A stretch of DNA of 1,043 nucleotides from Naegleria gruberi (Eukaryota), in assembly GCA_000004985.1 (NCBI GenBank), contig GG739598.1; one strand, given 5' to 3'. Under the pieces are notes generated by a model that did not search any database, was not told the DNA's origin, and saw only the letters and a program-made list of their open reading frames with translations. Both the position numbers and the translations under genes were made by a program. Positions 1 through 1,043 of the stretch are shown piece by piece (the first letter of the stretch is position 1; each line of letters begins with the position of its first letter).

Positions 1-1
1 A

Positions 2-127
2 TTTATAACGAAACAAGTTTCATTCAAAGTAAAGGAAATTAAAGATGTGGATTTTCAAGACGAAACTTTTATCAGTTTCACATTGAAAGGTTTTGATTAT
101 TCTGTTGGATTGGTATGTTTAGTTTGA
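2..127 (+). CDS. Open reading-frame segment entering from the 5' edge in the same frame as ORF1, closed by TGA at 125-127. It translates as FITKQVSFKVKEIKDVDFQDETFISFTLKGFDYSVGLVCLV*. It is either the C-terminus of an upstream gene or an upstream exon of the CRIB gene.
   Basis: I hand-translated the frame with codons starting at 2, 5, 8 and so on. It has no stop for 41 codons in AT-rich sequence, where stops are frequent. The amino-acid composition is protein-like and not low-complexity. It is the same frame as ORF1 167..448. No ATG lies in this frame; the only ATG nearby (45-47) is in another frame and is followed by a stop at 84-86. Confidence 0.3.
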   Translation, partial: FITKQVSFKVKEIKDVDFQDETFISFTLKGFDYSVGLVCLV

Positions 128-160
128 TTTAGAATATCTAATTCTTACATTAAACGAAAG
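113..160 (+). other. Candidate short spliceosomal intron (GTATGT donor, CTAAT branch-like element, AAG acceptor). It would splice out the TGA at 125-127 and join the upstream open frame to ORF1 in phase 0.
   Basis: GTATGT at 113-118 follows a complete codon (ttg 110-112). CTAAT at 138-142 lies about 19 nt upstream of the AG at 159-160. Resuming at 161 keeps the frame: ...SVGL|RLLENTEK.... This is the only frame-preserving AG downstream of the donor before ORF1. An AAG acceptor is non-canonical, which is a weakness of the call. Confidence 0.2.
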
Positions 161-166
161 CGATTA

Positions 167-448
167 TTGGAAAATACTGAAAAATTCACTCAAGACTTTC
201 TTAATCTTTTACGAGAAAGGGCCGAGCATTCGAATTTGGAATTGGAAAGGCCAATAATTCCCAAACAAAAGAAACGATTTTCATTCATGTTTGGATCACT
301 TTTATCAAATCAAAACGAAACTAAACAAGCAACAACACCTCGATTAAGAATTTCCCTTCCTCACACTGATCAATTCAAACACGTTAATCATGTTGAATGG
401 GATTCTGAATCGAAACAATTAATTTACAAAGAAATGAATCATCCTTAA
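167..448 (+). CDS. Small CRIB/PBD-motif protein, a probable Cdc42/Rac (Rho-family GTPase) effector of the Gic/Borg/SPEC/RIC type. Stop-to-stop the frame is open from 128. The annotated TTG start at 167 comes from the prokaryotic-style ORF caller and is probably not the real start. The first in-frame ATG is at 287. It is likely a 3' exon or C-terminal portion of a longer CDS.
   Basis: The translation contains I-S-L-P-H-T-D-Q-F-K-H-V-N-H-V-E-W-D. This matches the CRIB consensus I-S-x-P-x(2-4)-F-x-H-x2-H-V-G-(aromatic)-D at every conserved position except G->E. It is preceded by the polybasic PKQKKRFSF. Codon usage is coherent: AAA, GAA, TTG and ATT are favoured. The stop TAA at 446-448 is followed by AATAAA. 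Confidence 0.75.
   Translation: MENTEKFTQDFLNLLRERAEHSNLELERPIIPKQKKRFSFMFGSLLSNQNETKQATTPRLRISLPHTDQFKHVNHVEWDSESKQLIYKEMNHP
260..403 (+). other. Polybasic patch (PKQKKRFSF, nt 260-286) followed by the CRIB motif (ISLPHTDQFKHVNHVEWD, nt 350-403). This is the membrane-binding plus GTPase-binding module typical of small Cdc42 effectors.
   Basis: I mapped residue positions from the ORF1 translation. I62 is at 350-352 and D79 at 401-403; K33-R37 are at 263-277. In the Gic1/2, Borg and SPEC families a basic cluster sits immediately N-terminal to the CRIB motif. Confidence 0.6.
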
Positions 449-463
449 ATTTAAAACATCCCT

Positions 464-487
464 AATAAAGTTTCGAATAGGAATAAA
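464..487 (+). promoter_or_regulatory. Two canonical AATAAA polyadenylation hexamers (464-469 and 482-487), 16 and 34 nt downstream of the ORF1 stop codon.
   Basis: The sequence reads cctAATAAAgtttcgaataggAATAAActg directly after TAA 446-448. A U-rich stretch (gtttcg, ttatttc) follows, as expected for downstream elements. Confidence 0.4.
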
Positions 488-552
488 CTGTAATTATTTC
501 ATGTTAAGATAAGTTTCACAACAAAGGCGGGAAAGTTGCCGTAAGGAATTTC

Positions 553-572
553 GATTTTATTTAAAAATTAAA
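553..572 (+). promoter_or_regulatory. TATA-like, A/T-rich tract (gattttatttaaaaattaaa) immediately upstream of the ORF2 ATG. It ends in an A-rich start context with A at -3 (aaaATGc).
   Basis: TATTTAAAAA resembles a TATA element. It sits only about 12-20 nt from the ATG, so it fits either a very short 5'UTR in a compact genome or simply A-rich start-codon context. No Shine-Dalgarno-like purine tract is present. Confidence 0.2.
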
Positions 573-1010
573 ATGCGAAAAAAATGGACAACATCTAGGG
601 CACGGAATTTAACTTCCCAACAACAAGAAAATGATTCGGATGGACAAAATGAGAAAAATACAGCTGTGGAGCAACAATTGGCTCCAAAATTGCTTACTAA
701 TTTTTTCAATAGCATTACAAAACTTGATCGGAAAGAATTGGATAAATTTATTGATTGTGATAAGATGAATAGAGATGAGGATGGAATGAATTTGGGTTGT
801 GATGTTGTATTGAAACAAAAATTGTGGGGACTCTCTGTTGGACATGTTTTGGTTAATCGAAGTGATGATGAAGTATGTTCATGTTCGGAGGGTAGAGATT
901 CAATGATTGAGAAAGTGAATGAAATGTTAATTTATTTGATGGATTTGGGATTGGATTTGAATGTGGAGGAGAGGAAGAGTTTGATGAAACCAGATTCATC
1001 TCGCTGCTAA
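573..1010 (+). CDS. Hypothetical 145-aa protein with no recognisable domain. It has a basic N-terminus (MRKKWTTSRAR), a Gln/acidic stretch, a CxC pair (VCSCSEG) and an acidic, Leu-rich C-terminus (MDLGLDLNVEERKSLMK).
   Basis: This is the first ATG in an open frame that begins after TAA at 510-512. The start context is A-rich. Codon usage matches ORF1: TTG for Leu, GAA and AAA favoured, no CTG. The stop TAA is at 1008-1010. The overlapping antisense ORF is low-complexity, which supports the + strand as coding. Confidence 0.55.
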   Translation: MRKKWTTSRARNLTSQQQENDSDGQNEKNTAVEQQLAPKLLTNFFNSITKLDRKELDKFIDCDKMNRDEDGMNLGCDVVLKQKLWGLSVGHVLVNRSDDEVCSCSEGRDSMIEKVNEMLIYLMDLGLDLNVEERKSLMKPDSSRC

Positions 1011-1043
1011 ACGATGTTCATTTAGTTTCAAGTGGATAATGAC

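Noticed and set aside
45-86. ATG at 45-47 with a good A-rich context (attaaagATGt) as a possible start for the upstream open frame
   Set aside because: It is in a different frame from the long open frame and reaches a stop after 13 codons (MWIFKTKLLSVSH*). It could only matter as a start if an unannotated splice event followed, and nothing supports that.
117-132. gtttagtttgatttag, with a matching tttagttt 8-mer at 1020-1027, as possible repeats
   Set aside because: These are short T/A-rich words that recur by chance in roughly 30% G+C DNA. There is no extended or flanking similarity, no terminal inverted repeats and no target-site duplication, so this is not a mobile element.
167-169. TTG start codon assigned to ORF1 by the six-frame track
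   Set aside because: Non-ATG initiation is a prokaryotic assumption. The sequence context is eukaryotic, and there is no purine-rich ribosome-binding site upstream (only aaacgaaagcgatta). The ORF is better read as stop-to-stop 128..448, with its true 5' end unresolved.
523-546. ggcgggaaagttgccg, a possible hairpin or intrinsic terminator in the spacer
   Set aside because: Only a 3-bp ggc/gcc complementarity is present, and no U-run follows. It is not a credible rho-independent terminator or structured RNA. The GGG block could be a promoter motif, but that cannot be supported from one instance.
733-810. EF-hand-like segment in ORF2 (KELDKFIDCDKMNRDEDGMNLGCD)
   Set aside because: A helix-like ELxxFID stretch followed by an acidic loop caught my eye. 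No 12-residue register satisfies the canonical loop (D-x-D/N-x-D/S-G-x-I-x-x-x-E). Gly and the hydrophobic residue fall at the wrong positions. I treat this as an acidic patch and not as a calcium-binding site.
609-845. 78-aa minus-strand ORF (MSNRESPQFLFQYNITTQIHSILISIHLITINKF...)
   Set aside because: It is entirely antisense to ORF2 and has a low-complexity, Ile/Leu/Phe-rich composition. That is what the reverse complement of an AAA/GAA/AAT-rich coding strand produces. It has no start context or independent support, so it is a shadow ORF.
941-980. Imperfect tandem gatttggga/ttggatttga and the purine-rich gaggagaggaagag tract near the ORF2 3' end
   Set aside because: These are explained by the encoded peptide LGLDLNVEERK, a Leu/Asp repeat followed by a Glu/Arg/Lys run. 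They are coding-level low complexity, not a regulatory repeat or microsatellite of note.

Overview
This AT-rich window (about one-third G+C by eye) reads as nuclear DNA from a compact, AT-rich eukaryote (yeast, other fungus, protist or invertebrate), not as prokaryotic DNA. I see no Shine-Dalgarno sequences, rho-independent terminators, CRISPR repeats, tRNA or rRNA. Two ORFs lie on the + strand, separated by a 124-nt A/T-rich spacer. The spacer carries two canonical AATAAA hexamers just after the first stop codon and a TATA-like, A-rich tract just before the second ATG. The upstream ORF (167..448) carries a near-canonical CRIB/PBD (Cdc42/Rac-interactive binding) motif, ISLPHTDQFKHVNHVEWD, preceded by a polybasic patch, KQKKRF. 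That pairing is the signature of small Rho-GTPase effector proteins (Gic, Borg/CDC42EP, SPEC and plant RIC types). Its reading frame is open from the left edge of the window to 448 apart from a single TGA at 125-127, and a yeast-type GTATGT sits at 113-118. The polybasic patch lies upstream of the only in-frame ATG. For these reasons ORF1 is probably the 3' exon or C-terminal part of a larger gene, possibly joined through a short intron around 113..160. The downstream ORF (573..1010, 145 aa) has a good A-rich ATG context and plausible coding composition, but I cannot place it in any family; it is a candidate lineage-specific protein. The 78-aa minus-strand ORF is an antisense artefact. I found no evidence of a prokaryotic defence system, mobile element or novel multi-gene system. 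The real points of interest are the small CRIB effector, its unresolved 5' structure, and the unannotatable neighbour.
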